Origin: Dicyema japonicum
Lineage: Eukaryota; Animalia; Dicyemida
DNA: 64,000 nt
Assembly: GCA_011109175.1 (NCBI GenBank)
Contig: RDEW01000019.1
Span: 557,482-621,481, forward strand
Direction of reading: 5' to 3'
Shown here: positions 36,861-50,199 of the stretch, one piece after another
Layout: each line of letters begins with the position of its first letter
Position numbering within the stretch: position 1 is the stretch's first letter
Notes under the pieces: model-generated
What the model saw: only the letters and a program-made list of their open reading frames with translations
Databases searched by the model: none
What the model was told of the DNA's origin: nothing
Made by a program: the position numbers and the translations under genes

Positions 36861-38089
36861 AGAATAATTAGAACCCTAAATTGATGATGCAGAGAAGTCT
36901 ATCACTACCCTTTTTATTTTGGATAAAATTTTGGAAGACAGTCACATTAAAGTTATAAGAGACGACACTTGACATCACTTTTAACGGATGTCAAAAGAAA
37001 GTATTCATGACCGGTATCGGTACTCCTCAAGGGACTTACTTTCGCCTGATTTTTGAAATTTATTTGGAAACTGTTTTCAAGGGACGTTTTGAAAAATTTA
37101 TGTTTTGTTTCCTAAATTTAGACGATAGATTTGTGTCCGACGAAGAGGAGTTTCTTAATTCAGATGTGGATAAAGCCAAAGATATTTTGATGAGATGGTC
37201 ATTGATAATTAACTAAGAAAAAACTATCTAGGAGGGTTAATGAAAAGTGAGAATCCATAATAGCTTAAAACAGAAAACAGGGACTCTGGAGAAAACTCAA
37301 AAGTCAAATATAGAATACATGCGATCAGTGATTTGAATATTATTGGCTTTCCTTCAAAGAATAACTGTGATAATGTATTCAAAATTGACTCAGATACTGG
37401 ATAGTTTATACAAATAAAGCAATAACCAAGAAAACAATATATAATTTAATCTTTGAAGCCTATGACTCAAACAAATTGCTTTATTGAAATCAAATACTCT
37501 AAAAATATGCTTAAACAAGAAAAAAAAACAATTTATTACAAACAAAACAATCAAAATAATGGAATAGCTGTTTCCCCGGACGACTACCAGAGAAATCCTT
37601 TAGAACAACCATTCTGTTTCTTTACGTTCATTAGTAACTTTCGGTACTCATTGACCCAAGCGATCTTAGAAATGAACCGTTTTGGGCCAAAGTCTCTACT
37701 CGTCTCGACTACAACGGGCTGAACATGGAATCTTGTGGAGAGACTGTCGTATTTTTTTCCTTGAAATTCTTCAAAGTCTGAGCAGCCTCCCCAGCTTTCA
37801 ACGCAGAACCAGCAAGTCTCGACTGAGAAAATGTTACTTGTTGGAAGATAATCGACAGGAACCGTGATTCTTATGCGACATACTGTCTAACAGATCAACT
37901 TCTAAATAATGTTATAGACGAAACAATTAATGTAGAGTGCGAAGAGTCCGAAATTAATATCTATATTGGATATTCAGAAACGGAGAATATTGAAAATGTC
38001 GTCGAGGAAACAAAGGATCTGCTAAACAATTTGGAAGAAAAAATTTCACCATATCTATCGAAAAACACAAAACGACGAGACTTTTTCAG

Positions 38090-38420
38090 TGCACAAAGTG
38101 GAACATGTTACCAATGTGTTCTGGAATCGAGTTATCTTTAGTGATGAATCTATTTAATCCCGATGGACGAAAATTTGTCTGGATAAATATGGGAGAAATG
38201 GTTTTTTTAAAAAATGTTATTACAACAAGTGAAGTTCGGAAAAGGGAACGCAATGGTTTGGGGTGCATTCACATCGGAATGTGTTTCGGACCTTGTGTGG
38301 ATAAAAGGAATTATGAATGGGAACTTATATGTAAGCATCTTGGAGGATAATTTGTTGCCTATTTGGAGAAAACAGGAATCCAGGTCTCCAATGTTTCAGC
38401 AAGATTCAAAGCACACCTGC
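38090..38420 (+). mobile_element. Tc1-type transposase fragment
   Basis: FSDES...VKFGKGNAMVWGAF...IMNGNLYVSILEDNLLP...FQQD. Confidence 0.85.
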
Positions 38421-38429
38421 TAGGTTGCT

Positions 38430-38950
38430 AAAGATTTTTTCCATATAATTCAGGAACAATTTATCGATTTGTTTAATGATAGATATGCAAAACACGTTTT
38501 CAATGAAGTTTCCCAAAGCGATTTTTGGATTCAAATGGCTAATTTCTATTCAGAATTGGCAAAAATAGCACTTAAAGTGCTTATTCCATTTGCAACTGAG
38601 ACAGCGTTTTCAGCACTACTTACAATCAAATCAAAATTCCGCGATAGATTGGATGTGTCAAATGACATGAGGGTTGCATTGTACAAAAAACAAACTACAT
38701 ATGAGAGTGAGACAGCGTTTTCAGCACTACTTACAATCAAATCAAAATTCCGCGATAGATTGGATGTATCAAATGACATGAGGGTTGCATTGTACAAAAA
38801 ACAAACCGACTTAGAAAAAATGTTGATGGCCAAACAAGTGCATCCATCTCATGTAATTATCATTCTTTAATTTTGGACTAATTTTTGTTTTTAATTCACT
38901 AATTTAATAAAGGACCGCAAGCAATTAAAAATAAAAAATGACCGCGACGT
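38430..38950 (+). mobile_element. hAT (Buster-type) transposase C-terminal dimerisation region
   Basis: FWIQMANFYSELAKIALKVLIPFAT...ETAFSALLTIKSKFRDRLDV...KQVHPSH. Confidence 0.85.
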
Positions 38951-38975
38951 CTATTTTTAAAAAATTAGAGAACTA

Positions 38976-39062
38976 CAGTCCGACCCCGAATTGGGGCACC
39001 AAGTGCCCCAAAATCCGAGGGTGCCCCACCCCTGGGGTCTGCCCCAATTCGGGGTCGGACTG
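38976..39062. mobile_element. 87-bp Tc1/mariner-type MITE
   Basis: Perfect 23-bp TIRs CAGTCCGACCCCGAATTGGGGCA, flanked by TA on both sides. Confidence 0.9.
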
Positions 39063-39082
39063 TACTGCTTTAGTAGCAAAAA

Positions 39083-39640
39083 TTATTATTATTATTATTA
39101 TTATTATAAAGCACAACGTCTTGCCATTGGAAATGACAAAACCAGTGCAGTACCAAACATTAATCTTTTAGTTAATTTTCTCCACTTTCCACGATCCTGA
39201 GCCAAATCCCTCAAGTAATCCATATCACTAGCTATAAATAGGAGTGCGGAGTCGGCCAATTCTAAATATAAATCTGATAAATCTGAGTAGAAGTCATCAA
39301 ATAGAGCCGAATCTTTGTTAATCCAACCACTGTGAGGTGCGTATACATTGATAATTGAGACAATGTCAGTGCTTGCTTTGGCATTCATAAACTTCATTTG
39401 TAGAACTCCGATGAGGTCATTAACTGCCCATACTCTGTAGATATGGGGAGAAATTCCATTTTGATGGCAAAACCCAGTCCATAGTGCCTGTTGACAGTCG
39501 GGAGAAAGATCAATTTGAATTTACCACATGTTTCTTCGTGGTTACCTTGGTCCTTTTCCAAGAAGAGGTTAGGCCTCGGACGTTGAATGAGAGCAGCGAG
39601 AATTTCTCCAAAAGATAAGGTTCGTACTTTTCAGACATGT
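39083..39640 (-). mobile_element. Internally deleted RTE LINE (5' APE joined to extreme 3' end)
   Basis: SFNVRGL...INVYAPHSGW...LLFIAS fused to DMDYLRDLAQDRGKWRKL; (TAA)n tail at 39083-39108. Confidence 0.8.
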
Positions 39641-39682
39641 TAATACTTTATTAGAGCCACGTCACCAACTCAACCAAAAAAG

Positions 39683-39927
39683 TAGCAAATATACAGTACA
39701 ATAATTAAAAAAATAAGAATGAATAAAGATAATGTAATTAATATCAATACATAGAATATTAAAATAAAATATTAAATTTTAATTACATTGTTATATAATG
39801 GATTTTAAGCTAACGTAATACATTACATCTCATATAATTAATAAACATATTCGACTAGGCATTTTTCGTGGAAAAAATTGGTCCAATTATTTTGTTCTTT
39901 CAATTTTTGTCTCCGCTCGTCGGGGTT
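39683..39927 (+). repeat. Unit B copy 4
   Basis: Colinear with copy 1; ends CAATTTTTGTCTCCGCTCGTCGGGGTT. Confidence 0.9.
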
Positions 39928-40019
39928 CTCTTTTTAACCTGAAAATAAAAAAATCTACTTGTCCTTACTTTTGTTGTACTATAGGGCGAGTCTCAGCTTA
40001 CCAGCATCAATCTCCTCTG

Positions 40020-40570
40020 TTGCGCTTTTTACCACGTACAAAAGACAGCTCTGTGTAGAACCGAAAATGATTATAAGTTCTGCTCTGAAGAAAATGAGAA
40101 TCCTAAAAGTGCTTTCAAAAAATCTGAAAGGTAAAGCTGGGAACCTTGACACAGTTTATGAAAAATTTATCTGACTCACGATGACGTATGCAAGTCTTTC
40201 GTGGACAATGCAGATTTTGCACACATCGTCCTTGAAACAATCCGCGTGGTCAATGCAGATATCACGCTCTCTTCTTTGAAACTATCCATGTTCTAATCCA
40301 ATTAACTTTTTTAGGCTGCAATAAAGTTAATTGGACCAGAAAATCCACCCATTGAAAATTTCTTAATAAGCTAGTCTACCCTCTCCATACAATATCAAAA
40401 TATCTACAATCATACAGACAGCTTTATCCGATGCCATGAATGATAAATAGAGCTGTACAGGATTCTCGACCTCGCCGAACTTGTCCTCTCCTTTGTCGTT
40501 ATGGGTTCACTTAGTTGAGAACTTTTAATCATTTTCTTAGACCCAGTGATCCTGGGGATAATAACAATAA
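40020..40570 (+). mobile_element. Family J LINE post-RT and 3' fragment
   Basis: MRILKVLSK...TVYEKFI*LTMTYASLSW; (TAA/CAA)n tail. Confidence 0.5.
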
Positions 40571-41734
40571 TAACTGCGAGTGAACTCATGACGCCTTTAT
40601 CCTCTCAGAAATTTGGTAATGTTTTACTTTAAAGGATTGATACTAAAAATGTCATAAATCGTATCTATGGGAACTATGATACAATAACTTTCATATAAAC
40701 AATAAAATAAATAGTCCTTCCGGCAAGTATGCATAGGTAATGTTTTCATTAAAATCAATGACTACAAATCGTATCTATAGGAACGATTATACTTTAAGCT
40801 TATTTCTGAAATAAAAAATACATTTATTCATTCTATAACTCAGGGATAATTGCCATGTAGACTTCCGGGTAAGTGAAAAGAAGACGGACGCATTTTTCTC
40901 AAGTATAGTACTAAGGCTTGCTTTAAAGAGGCAGATCTGAGATCTTTAGCCTTCGCAGCCCTGGCTTCTTAACTAAGGAGAATATCAAAAAATTAATTTT
41001 TTTCATAAATTTTTTAAAATATTTTAATGTGTTTTTGGACGTCTGGTCATATTCAGTAGCTACTATATCGGCGAAACCTTGTAGCTTCTACAATTGATGC
41101 CTATAGCTATCATGAAAAGCAACTCTGCATAGTGGGAGTAACCAATTAGAGCTCAATGTATTTTGGAATTTACATTTTAACCCTGTTTGTTTTTACCTCG
41201 CCTATGGTTCATCATCATTAGCTAATCTAAAATTGTCATTTTAAAAATCAGATATGTCTTTTTGACGACTATACTAGTGGTTCATGACTTCAAATTCATC
41301 AATAAAAGCTATATGACAATCAAACCGGAGATTTTCCAATTCAAGACAATAGATAGAACATTTGCGGTAATCATGGTTATTCAATTAATTTAACTAAAAT
41401 TAAGGAATAAATAAATCATAGACGTTATGATCTTAACTCAAATAGATAGACGGATGATACTCATAAACTGACACTTTCATTTTTTACAAAATAACAGAAA
41501 CAAAGACATTAATAGGAAAACTCAACCTGCCAAGAGACATTGGGAATTCTGACGATCGCCATATCCAGACACTGTGAAAATTATTTCCATTCGTCTCGAA
41601 GTGCGCCACAATCTTACTTATTCACAATTTAACCACAGATTTGACTCAACTGAGCCCATTAAAGGTACGTTCACAACATAGTTTGGTAGTAACCATGAAG
41701 AATTATAGAACCAAAAATAGTGAAAATCATTAAA

Positions 41735-42760
41735 TTAGCCGTCCCTAAGTACTCGAGACTGAAGTGATATTGCCGGATCAAAAATAAACTTAAAAATGAC
41801 GTAAATCCATGAATTATAGGTCAGGATGTTGGTATAATATTCCGGAGCCAATTCTTTAAGCTAAAAATTGAATTATCAAAAAAACCTTAGGCAACAATCT
41901 TCCTGGGATATTCGGGAAGTCATGATGCTCGTTGTGGTATCCAACATTATATGTAAGATAGTTGAGAGAGCCATAGTATGAGTAGGTCTCCTGTTTAATA
42001 GAGAACATGTAGTGCTCCGATATAAAATGCCCCGACATTGGGTGGAGCCCAGTTCCCAGCAAACTCCCTGCTATTAAAGTCAGCAGAGCCTTTGGGCCCA
42101 AAGTCCGCCAAATAAGAACGTCGAATAGAATTTGAATAGCAACATTGGACCTAAAATAAAAATCTTAGAAACTTCCAAAAAAGTTAATTTTGTTGGAAAT
42201 AGAATCATCGGCCGAAGACCATAGCAGAATGGCTGAAGAAGAATGAACAAGAGTTTCCCTAAACAATTTGTGAATGTTCTTGTCTCCCATAAGCTTGGCA
42301 GATCGGGGTCGATAATTTGACCCATATTCTTATGATGAATAAGATGTAGTAACGGAATTTATGAAAAAGCGGAATTCCTATCGGAAGGTTGGCAAAAAAT
42401 CCAAAAAATTTGTTTGCCAAAGGGTATTGGATTCCAAATGCAGCATTGTGGGAAATTTCATGTACGGCCAAAAGAAGGGAGTGATTTATAGTCCCCACAA
42501 TTCCGTATGTCGATAGGAACCACAAAGGCCAACTGAGAGAACGGATGTAGTAACATAGAACAATTTGGGCAAACACTCGAAAGATAACGTCATATTTGAA
42601 CCAAGAATCAACGATCATGAGCTTACTAACATTCGGATATTTAGCTAGTCATTATTTTTATGTAAGAGGAACCCATAATTTCCTTTCTTCTTGATTTATG
42701 GGGTTCGTCTTCGTAGCTGAAGAAAAAAGAGGGCAGATTTGATGTTTTCTCGGTTTCCAT
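41735..42760 (-). CDS. DEGS1: Sphingolipid delta(4)-desaturase DES1
   Basis: [31 protein letters not shown] and [16 protein letters not shown] histidine boxes; introns include 42645-42672 and 41861-41885. Confidence 0.95.
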
Positions 42761-44689
42761 TGTTTAATTAGTAACTAACGTGATATAATGAATTTCTAAC
42801 AACTTTAAATATAAATAAAAATTTTTATTAATAATAAATTATATGTTAAACATAAAATTAAAAAAATTAATTATAAAGTCAATTTATAGGACAAGGTCTC
42901 CGGCCTGCAGAAATTGAGCACGGAATGGGAGTTACTTCCCATGATTACGATTTCAATGTTCTAGAAGAGCCATCGTGTCATTCTAGACACTCCTTCCTTA
43001 GTCATGCAAGAAAAAAATAAATTATTGATTTACATTTTTAGTGATATTTTCGATTTTTAATTCTTCAGGAGAACATATATTTCTATTTTTATTAATATAT
43101 GTTTTTTTCTTGTTACAGATGAAATCAATTAATTGACCGACAAATATGGCTTTTCAAAAATTTTAGCTGTTTGCTGACAGTAAGCTGCTTTTTCTTTATC
43201 ATTAGCAACTTGCATAGATTATGTTGAATATCATCATATACGTGCACCTTAAAATAAGTGACCTACGCATTTTCAAATTTGGTCCGGAAGCGATTCGAAT
43301 CATGATCCTACCTGCAGCCAACACGTCTTCCTTTATTCAGAACTTCTGATTTCCGATGTTCTTGAGTCCGTCATTTCGTCCGAGAAAAGAGTGGTTTTTG
43401 TCTAAGTAGATATGAAGCTAAGTAGACATTTATACAATTGAGATACCCCACCATCTCAACCGTGCGACGAATTAAACTCTTGGATAACTATTTAATTTAT
43501 GTTCTATGTGCTTGATAGTTACGAGATCCCAAGACGGTTTCTTTTCTAAGGTCACTTTGATCCATGATATCAAAAGTGATTAACAAGCATCGGGAAACCG
43601 AATGGATGCTCCAAAGGATTTTTCTGGCAGTTTGTCAGAGGAATCATCCATTCAAATCTTTCTGCTTGGTCATTTTGATTGTTTTGTTACTTATTAAATT
43701 GTCAAAAAAGGTTTTAAATATCGAAATATTTTGACTATCAAATATATATTTTTTCTGAATCCTTTCTTATAAATTGATTACTTTTGTTTAATCAATTCTG
43801 ATAAAATCAATCTTAAAACCGCATAACGAATGTCGGGCACTAGACCGGATGCCCTATTGTTCAAATCTCGCTGATGTACATTTTGCCTGTTGGTTCCACA
43901 CATCTATGATGCTTTGTCTTGACGAATGACTCCGTCAACAGTGAAAGTCTTACGTATCGTCTTAAAAAGACTCACACCCAACAAAAAGAAAAAAGGGAGC
44001 CAAGAGCATTCCTTGGTTCTCATATACGAAGAGAAATCATAACTGTTCATGCTTAAAATAAAGTGTTTACCCTGTCTAAGAGAAGCGATGGCTAATATGG
44101 CTCCTCGTAAAGTTCACTATTTATTTTAAACCACATAAAAAACTCATTAAAAATCAAATTTAAAATAATGTACTGAACTATGTTTAAAAATAATAGCTAC
44201 TTGAAAAGTACACAATATTCAACTTGAAAACGACTTTTTATTAATGAAATTCGGAATGATTTTTTCTGAACAAAAATTGACATATTCGAAAGTGCAAATC
44301 TGTTATGAGAACATTGGATTTTTAGTTAAAACTCAGTAACAAACAATCTGAGGCAATTTTTGTACTTCAATCGATCTAATTTCCATTCGCATTGAAAGAA
44401 TTGTTACAAGCTTGTGTTACTAACTATCGCCATTACAAAGATCTGGTCAATGTCAGGAAGCATAATGGTTAGTGTTGTCATTCATGTGCAATTAGCTGTG
44501 AATTTGATTCTCGCATCGCTACCTATCTGGTCGATGGTTTCCGTTCTGCTCTATACTTTCTTCAAATCCAACTAACGAAAATCCACATAAATCTTCTAAA
44601 TCAGAAATTTCTAAATGAAATTATAGCATCCACTAAACATGTCTTTCAAAATCGAATTTAGTTCATCAATTAATTTCGTTCGAATCACC

Positions 44690-45330
44690 AGTGGGGTTTT
44701 CGTCAACATAGAGGCACTGGAAATTGTTTTACAAAGTTAAGAAAAGCTATTATTCCTTTCTAAATGATAAAGAATTCCTTACGAACGCATGTCTTAATAT
44801 ATCGAAGTCTTTTATAGTATTTGGCATATTAATCTTTTACGCACTATGGAGAAGTTTAGTATTGGGAGTTCGCTCTTGTATCGCTAAGAGAATTTCTTTT
44901 TGGAAGAGAGTCTTTTATAAGTGTTGGAATTCAAATTTCAAAGAAAAATCTGTAAAAAAGAATTGTTTAACATGGATCTGTCTTTGGTTCACTCGTTTTA
45001 ATTGAGTTAGTGAAGTACCTAAAGTGGAACACTCAAATTTAAAAATGACAATTCATGCTGATGATATATTGGTTTTAGATCTGAGAATAAGTGAATCTTT
45101 ATCTTGGAAAAGAGTTTCGGAACTTATTTAAAAATGGTGCCGATAATTTAAGTTTACTTTTTTTGCAAGCAAAAAAATCATCTTTGTCTTGGGAAAAATG
45201 TACGGTTTCTTGGATTGATAAATATAGAAAGAGAATGAATGACTATGTTAATAATGGCAAAACAAGATCCTGGATTATCTAAAGTACCTTGGAGTATGTT
45301 GATCAAAAGGCATCTAACAAAAATTACATA
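44690..45330 (+). mobile_element. Decayed LINE RT
   Basis: QWGFRQHRGT, LNISKSF, HADDIL and KYLGV in RT order. Confidence 0.55.
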
Positions 45331-45769
45331 AAAGGCAGAAGGAAAAAAGCAAATGTGATGTTGAAGTTACTTTTGTGTTTTCATCTGAAGTTGAGACTTT
45401 TCTGTATGTATATTTAGCGAATGTTGAACATTCTTGATTTGTGGTTTTCAAGGATCGTATCAAAGCAATGAGAGGAGTGAACTTGTTGAGTTATTGATAG
45501 ATTATGTTATCCAACTGACCAGTTTTCGACGAGGAATCGACAACTTATAAGCAAAGATGAGATATTTCTCCTGAAAGACTGTGATGCCGTCGTGGCGCTT
45601 TTAATCTCCGTGATCCTGGCCTACCGTTTACAGCAGCCTCAAAATAACGGCTTACGACTGGCATGCCTCAGTAACCGGTCACTATTCATCAATAAGGAAT
45701 AGAGTTGAAGCCCTTGCGGTCAACAACAGATTCACATCGACAGGGATAAGGCTCAATGAAATCAAATCC

Positions 45770-46600
45770 TTATTCCAAAACCACAGTTAAACCGAAAAAC
45801 AAACTGTGATCCTAAAAATTTAATCCAGGCTCGCAGCTTGGCTCGATGCTCCTTTCTCGATCCTAAACTGGCTCTTTGGGTCAAGTCTCCTGATCATATT
45901 AGATCAGGCCTTCTTTATTATTCTTTCGGATTAGGATCTCCAATGGTGTCAGCATCATATTCTTTTAGTCCATAGACCACTTCTCTGTTACTCAAAAACC
46001 ATTTTTGTGTAGTCGCTTTTTTCTGAACATCAGTCCAAGAGATCCAATACCTCTATTAGGCACATCCATAGGAAATGCATTTTTAGTAAGGTATGTTTTC
46101 CAATTTTCCATAGATCAGTTAGGTTTTGCTGCAGGTTGATTTTTTATAATATTTCTTTAGCACATTTCCAACATGCTTACACCATTATATTGTATATCAT
46201 TAAACAGTGAAAATGATTTATTAAGTGAATTTGTATAATTATTCATCTTGTTGAATTGTTCATGATTTTGGCAATTTTGTTGGACAATCTTTTAATGTTA
46301 AGTAACATAAGGACATCAATTATGCTAAAAGATCATGAAAACCAATGTATGTCCATTTTTGCCATTTTAAGTTTTGAGCCTCTGGTCTGAGACTTCAAGT
46401 ACATGGATACCTTTGTCGTAAACAACATCCACTAGAATGCATATAAAGCTTGCTCGCCGCTATGAAAGCCAAAATGTCGAATTATACTGACTCGTCCGAT
46501 GAAATATTATTATTCCTGAGACATCTGGTGAATTGAACTCTAACAGTGTAATTTCTTAGTCGACATAAAAAATCCAAGATCACTTATAAGTAGGGCGATT
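45770..46600 (-). mobile_element. Family J LINE 3' part
   Basis: LGSRKEHRAKLRAWIKFLG C-terminal motif. Confidence 0.6.
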
Positions 46601-46979
46601 TTGTCAATAATGTCAAAAATTGATATGTTCCTTAAAAATGTTTAAAACTTATAAAAATGTAGTTTTTAATCAAAAATATTATATTAATCAAAAGTTATAG
46701 TCAAACGAAAAGTCAAAATTTTGGGTTTTTAAATAAAATACTAGGATGGGATCAATTATCATTATTCACTGTGATGCCGCGTTAATAAAGAATGACATTG
46801 AAAAGATTATGTATGTCGTTAGAAAATATCTTGATGAATTTTCTATCAACTCACAAGGAAATCTTTTTGGAATTTTTGTGGGACATTTGTAACTGCAAAA
46901 AAGCATTTTTTATTGAATCGATAGATCGTCTAAAAGCATATCAATTAGCAGGTTTATTATTTTCATTACTATTTTACAG

Positions 46980-47260
46980 CGTCAATACTATAAAACCCAT
47001 TGATTTTCTCGTCCCATCTGCCGACACATGGGTCGATAAAGTCACTAAGGCTTTTGTCGAATCCGATATTCCCTTGCATAAGTTGAACAACAAAACTTAC
47101 GAGACTTGTTTGAGAGTATTGGACATAATCTTCCTTCTACTTACGCTTGTCAAAAAAGTGTAGAAAATTTATGCCAGAAGCAGATTCATTTATTATAGAT
47201 CTGAAAAATTTTGGTTTGATTGACGAACTTTTTGGTGAGGTGGTGACGACATCTCTATTG
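46980..47260 (+). mobile_element. hAT/CGGBP1-like transposase fragment
   Basis: VTKAFVESDIPLHKLNN motif; abuts the RTE insertion. Confidence 0.45.
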
Positions 47261-47265
47261 CACAA

Positions 47266-49700
47266 ATGTCTGAAACGCACTTAAAGCGCTTGGAGAAGCT
47301 TAAAATAACATCCTTCAATGTAAGAGGAATCAGCAAGGAGTGGAAAAGAAACCTATTATGTTCGGATCTGGGGAGATGTGGTGCAGACGTGGGATGCCTA
47401 CAAGAGACAAAAGTACAGGCTGGAATGGACGAGCTACATGGAGACTATAGATTCATTTTACTACCATCATCATCAAGACACTATGGACAGGGGTTTGCCA
47501 TGCACAAGATACTTGTTCGTGGATACATCGGTGTTGGAGTGTCAACGACAGAATCAGCATACTGCAAATACGGGTTGGGGTCAAACGCACGTCGAAGGCC
47601 TTTATCTCAATTATAAATGTTTATGCACCCCACAGTGGACGGGTCGCCAAAGATTCGGACGAATTTGACGCTTTCTACGTGCAGCTGTCGAGGACATATA
47701 ACGAACTGGAATCGTCTTTTCTAGTCTTCATTGCTGAATGATAAAGCAGGAGTACGTCGGGAACATGAGTCGACTATCGGAAGACACGGAAGAGGGATCA
47801 GAAACTTCGGGCATTTGGTCTATTCCTGTGTAACACTGCGTTCGCGCATGAGGAACAACATAGGACTACCTGGACGAGCTGCAGAAGAAATGAATCTGGG
47901 GGCCATGTGATGATTTACAATCAGATTGATTACATACAGAGAAAAATCAGAAAATTAAACAGTGAACATGTTGCAAACGATTTGGATGCCAGGCTAAAGG
48001 AAATAAGAATCTAAAGGATTGTGCGCAGATGTTTTTGGCAATGCGCCTGCTAAAGATGAGGAACCAAAAGGGCAAAATAAAAATTCAAGATAACAAAGAG
48101 AATATGATTTTTGACGCTACGGAACAAGCCGAACTTATTGCTGCTCATTTGAACGACTCTTTGACGTTGACGGGTAAAAGGTGGACCTAATCACTGGTAA
48201 TGCAGGAAATCTTGTAAATGAAATCACGGTGGGAGAAGTTATGAAAGCAATAGAAAGACTGAAGTGCAATCGTTCGTCAGGATCGGATGGCATAAGTGCT
48301 GAGTTACTGAAGTACGACCCCAAAACCCTGGTGGAAATCGTGGCCAAAGTATTAAACGAAATGTTTGCAACTAACGACCTTATTCCGTTGGGCAAAGGAA
48401 TCCTGGGGCCGAGTCAAAAACCGAGCGGGCCCTGTGTGAAAACCTGCGCCCAGTCATCCTACTCAATTCGCTAAGGTACTTACTCTGGTGGTGCTGTGCA
48501 AGAGCCTGTGAATGAATTCCTGTCATCTAGCCACAGTGGATTCAGGACGGGCAGATCTACCGCTGATGTGGTCTGGGGGCATAGGTGGCGTTGTGCCACT
48601 TACCAAAGATTTGAGTGTGCGACTACACTTTTGGGGATCGACATGTCGAGAGCTTTCGACACAATTCGCCGAGGAAAGCTTATTGATGCTTTGCGGGAAT
48701 TCCTTAATAGGGATTTTGTCAGGATGATAGAAGTTTTATTTTCGAACACAGAACTGACAGTACGAGTTGGAAATACGTCGTCCAGAATTTTCGACTGTGG
48801 GTACCCCCAGGGAAACTCTCTTTGCTGTTTGTGGTATAGCTGGAGGTAGCACTGCGTGGTCTTAGAAGTTTTTATAATGGCCAAATCACCGAAATTATAT
48901 ACGCTGATGATGTGGATTTCGTATCGGAAGATAAAGCAGCCTTGAGACGGTTACTTGACGTTGCCCCTGCAGAGCTTGGGAAATGGTTTTTTACGTGAAT
49001 ACAACTAAAACTGAAATTGTGGAAATCGTACCCATGGGATCAAGATTGGAGAAGGGATGGACACGTTCCAGAAAGCTCGACTCCTTCCTCAGGGACAGTG
49101 AGGACATAACCCGGAGGAAAGTACTATCGACGGTCTCACAAAACAAGATGAAGACGGATTAGTTGAATAACAGACCGGTCGATCGCGCTTTGTTAGCGCC
49201 TCTTGTGCTTTCGTGAAGCCGGTCCTGCTACATAACTCTTCCTGTTGGGGGACCTCGGTCTCAGAAACCAAAAATCTTAACTCCTTCCACAAAGGCAATT
49301 ACTAATACTGTGCGGGTTACAATGACCAACACGGATCAACAATGAGGAAATGTACCGAAAGTGCTCAACGCGACCTGTGACTTGGGATGTGGTGGAGGCC
49401 CGATAGAGACTGTTTGGACACATCCTACAAATGGACCCCACATCACCTGTAAATTTGGCAATAATAGAATATTTTGCTTTAAATGGAAAAATATCGGGGC
49501 GCCAGCAAACTACACTACTGGGGTGCTAGATGAGGATCTCAAAGCAATCAACCGGAGGCTCGTAAGTGGGGAGATCTAGATGCTATGAGAAGTTTGGCGT
49601 GTATCACAGGAGGATGGAGGAGATTGATCCGAAAAATCGCTTTAAGTGCTGCATGTGTGGAAATATAACAATTAAGTTTCTATGATAGTTACCAATAATA
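47266..49700 (+). mobile_element. Near full-length RTE LINE (APE-RT), frameshifted
   Basis: ITSFNVRGI, CLQETKV, INVYAPHSG, SSGSDGISAELLKY, GIDMSRAFDTI, GYPQG and YADDVDFVS in order. Confidence 0.92.
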
Positions 49701-50199
49701 ATGACGAAACTAATATTCCGAGGACGGAAATATGTCAATTCTGTTTCCAAGAAAATATTTTTAATATCTTGTCGTCATTGTCTTCTGCAGTTAACACTTC
49801 GATTATATATAAGATAATTGACGTACGTTTTTCTTTATTGGAAAAAGTAAAAGTCCGAAATTTTAAACCCGAAAACGTTTTGAATTACATTATTCTGTAT
49901 TTTAATGAAAAATTTGATTAGTTTTTTATATTAAAATTTATCATAAAGTCAAAAAGGTCAAAATTTCTTATTTATAAAGTCAAAATAAAAATCGCCCCAC
50001 TTATAAGAAAATATCAAAACCAACTTATTAATTGATCGCAGCTTTTAGTAACTCCCGATGGCTCTCGCGTTCCAAAAGTGTCTTTTCGTATTTCTGTAGA
50101 GAAACTCGATCAGAATCCCCTTCTTCGTGAAAGGTTTTTATCTATCTAGATTAGTTCTTATTTATTGTTTTCCGGTTTTCTGTACTCCACAAGAACCTG

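Noticed and set aside
37007-37216. GTPQG-containing ORF as a group II intron RT
   Set aside because: A short decayed fragment with no intron RNA domains; compatible with non-LTR RT debris.
42880-43190. Possible divergent gene upstream of DEGS1 (several acceptor-like TTAG/TCAG sites)
   Set aside because: No coherent spliced ORF or recognisable motif could be built.
44450-44520. tRNA-like A/B box pair
   Set aside because: The B box is degenerate and the stems do not pair.
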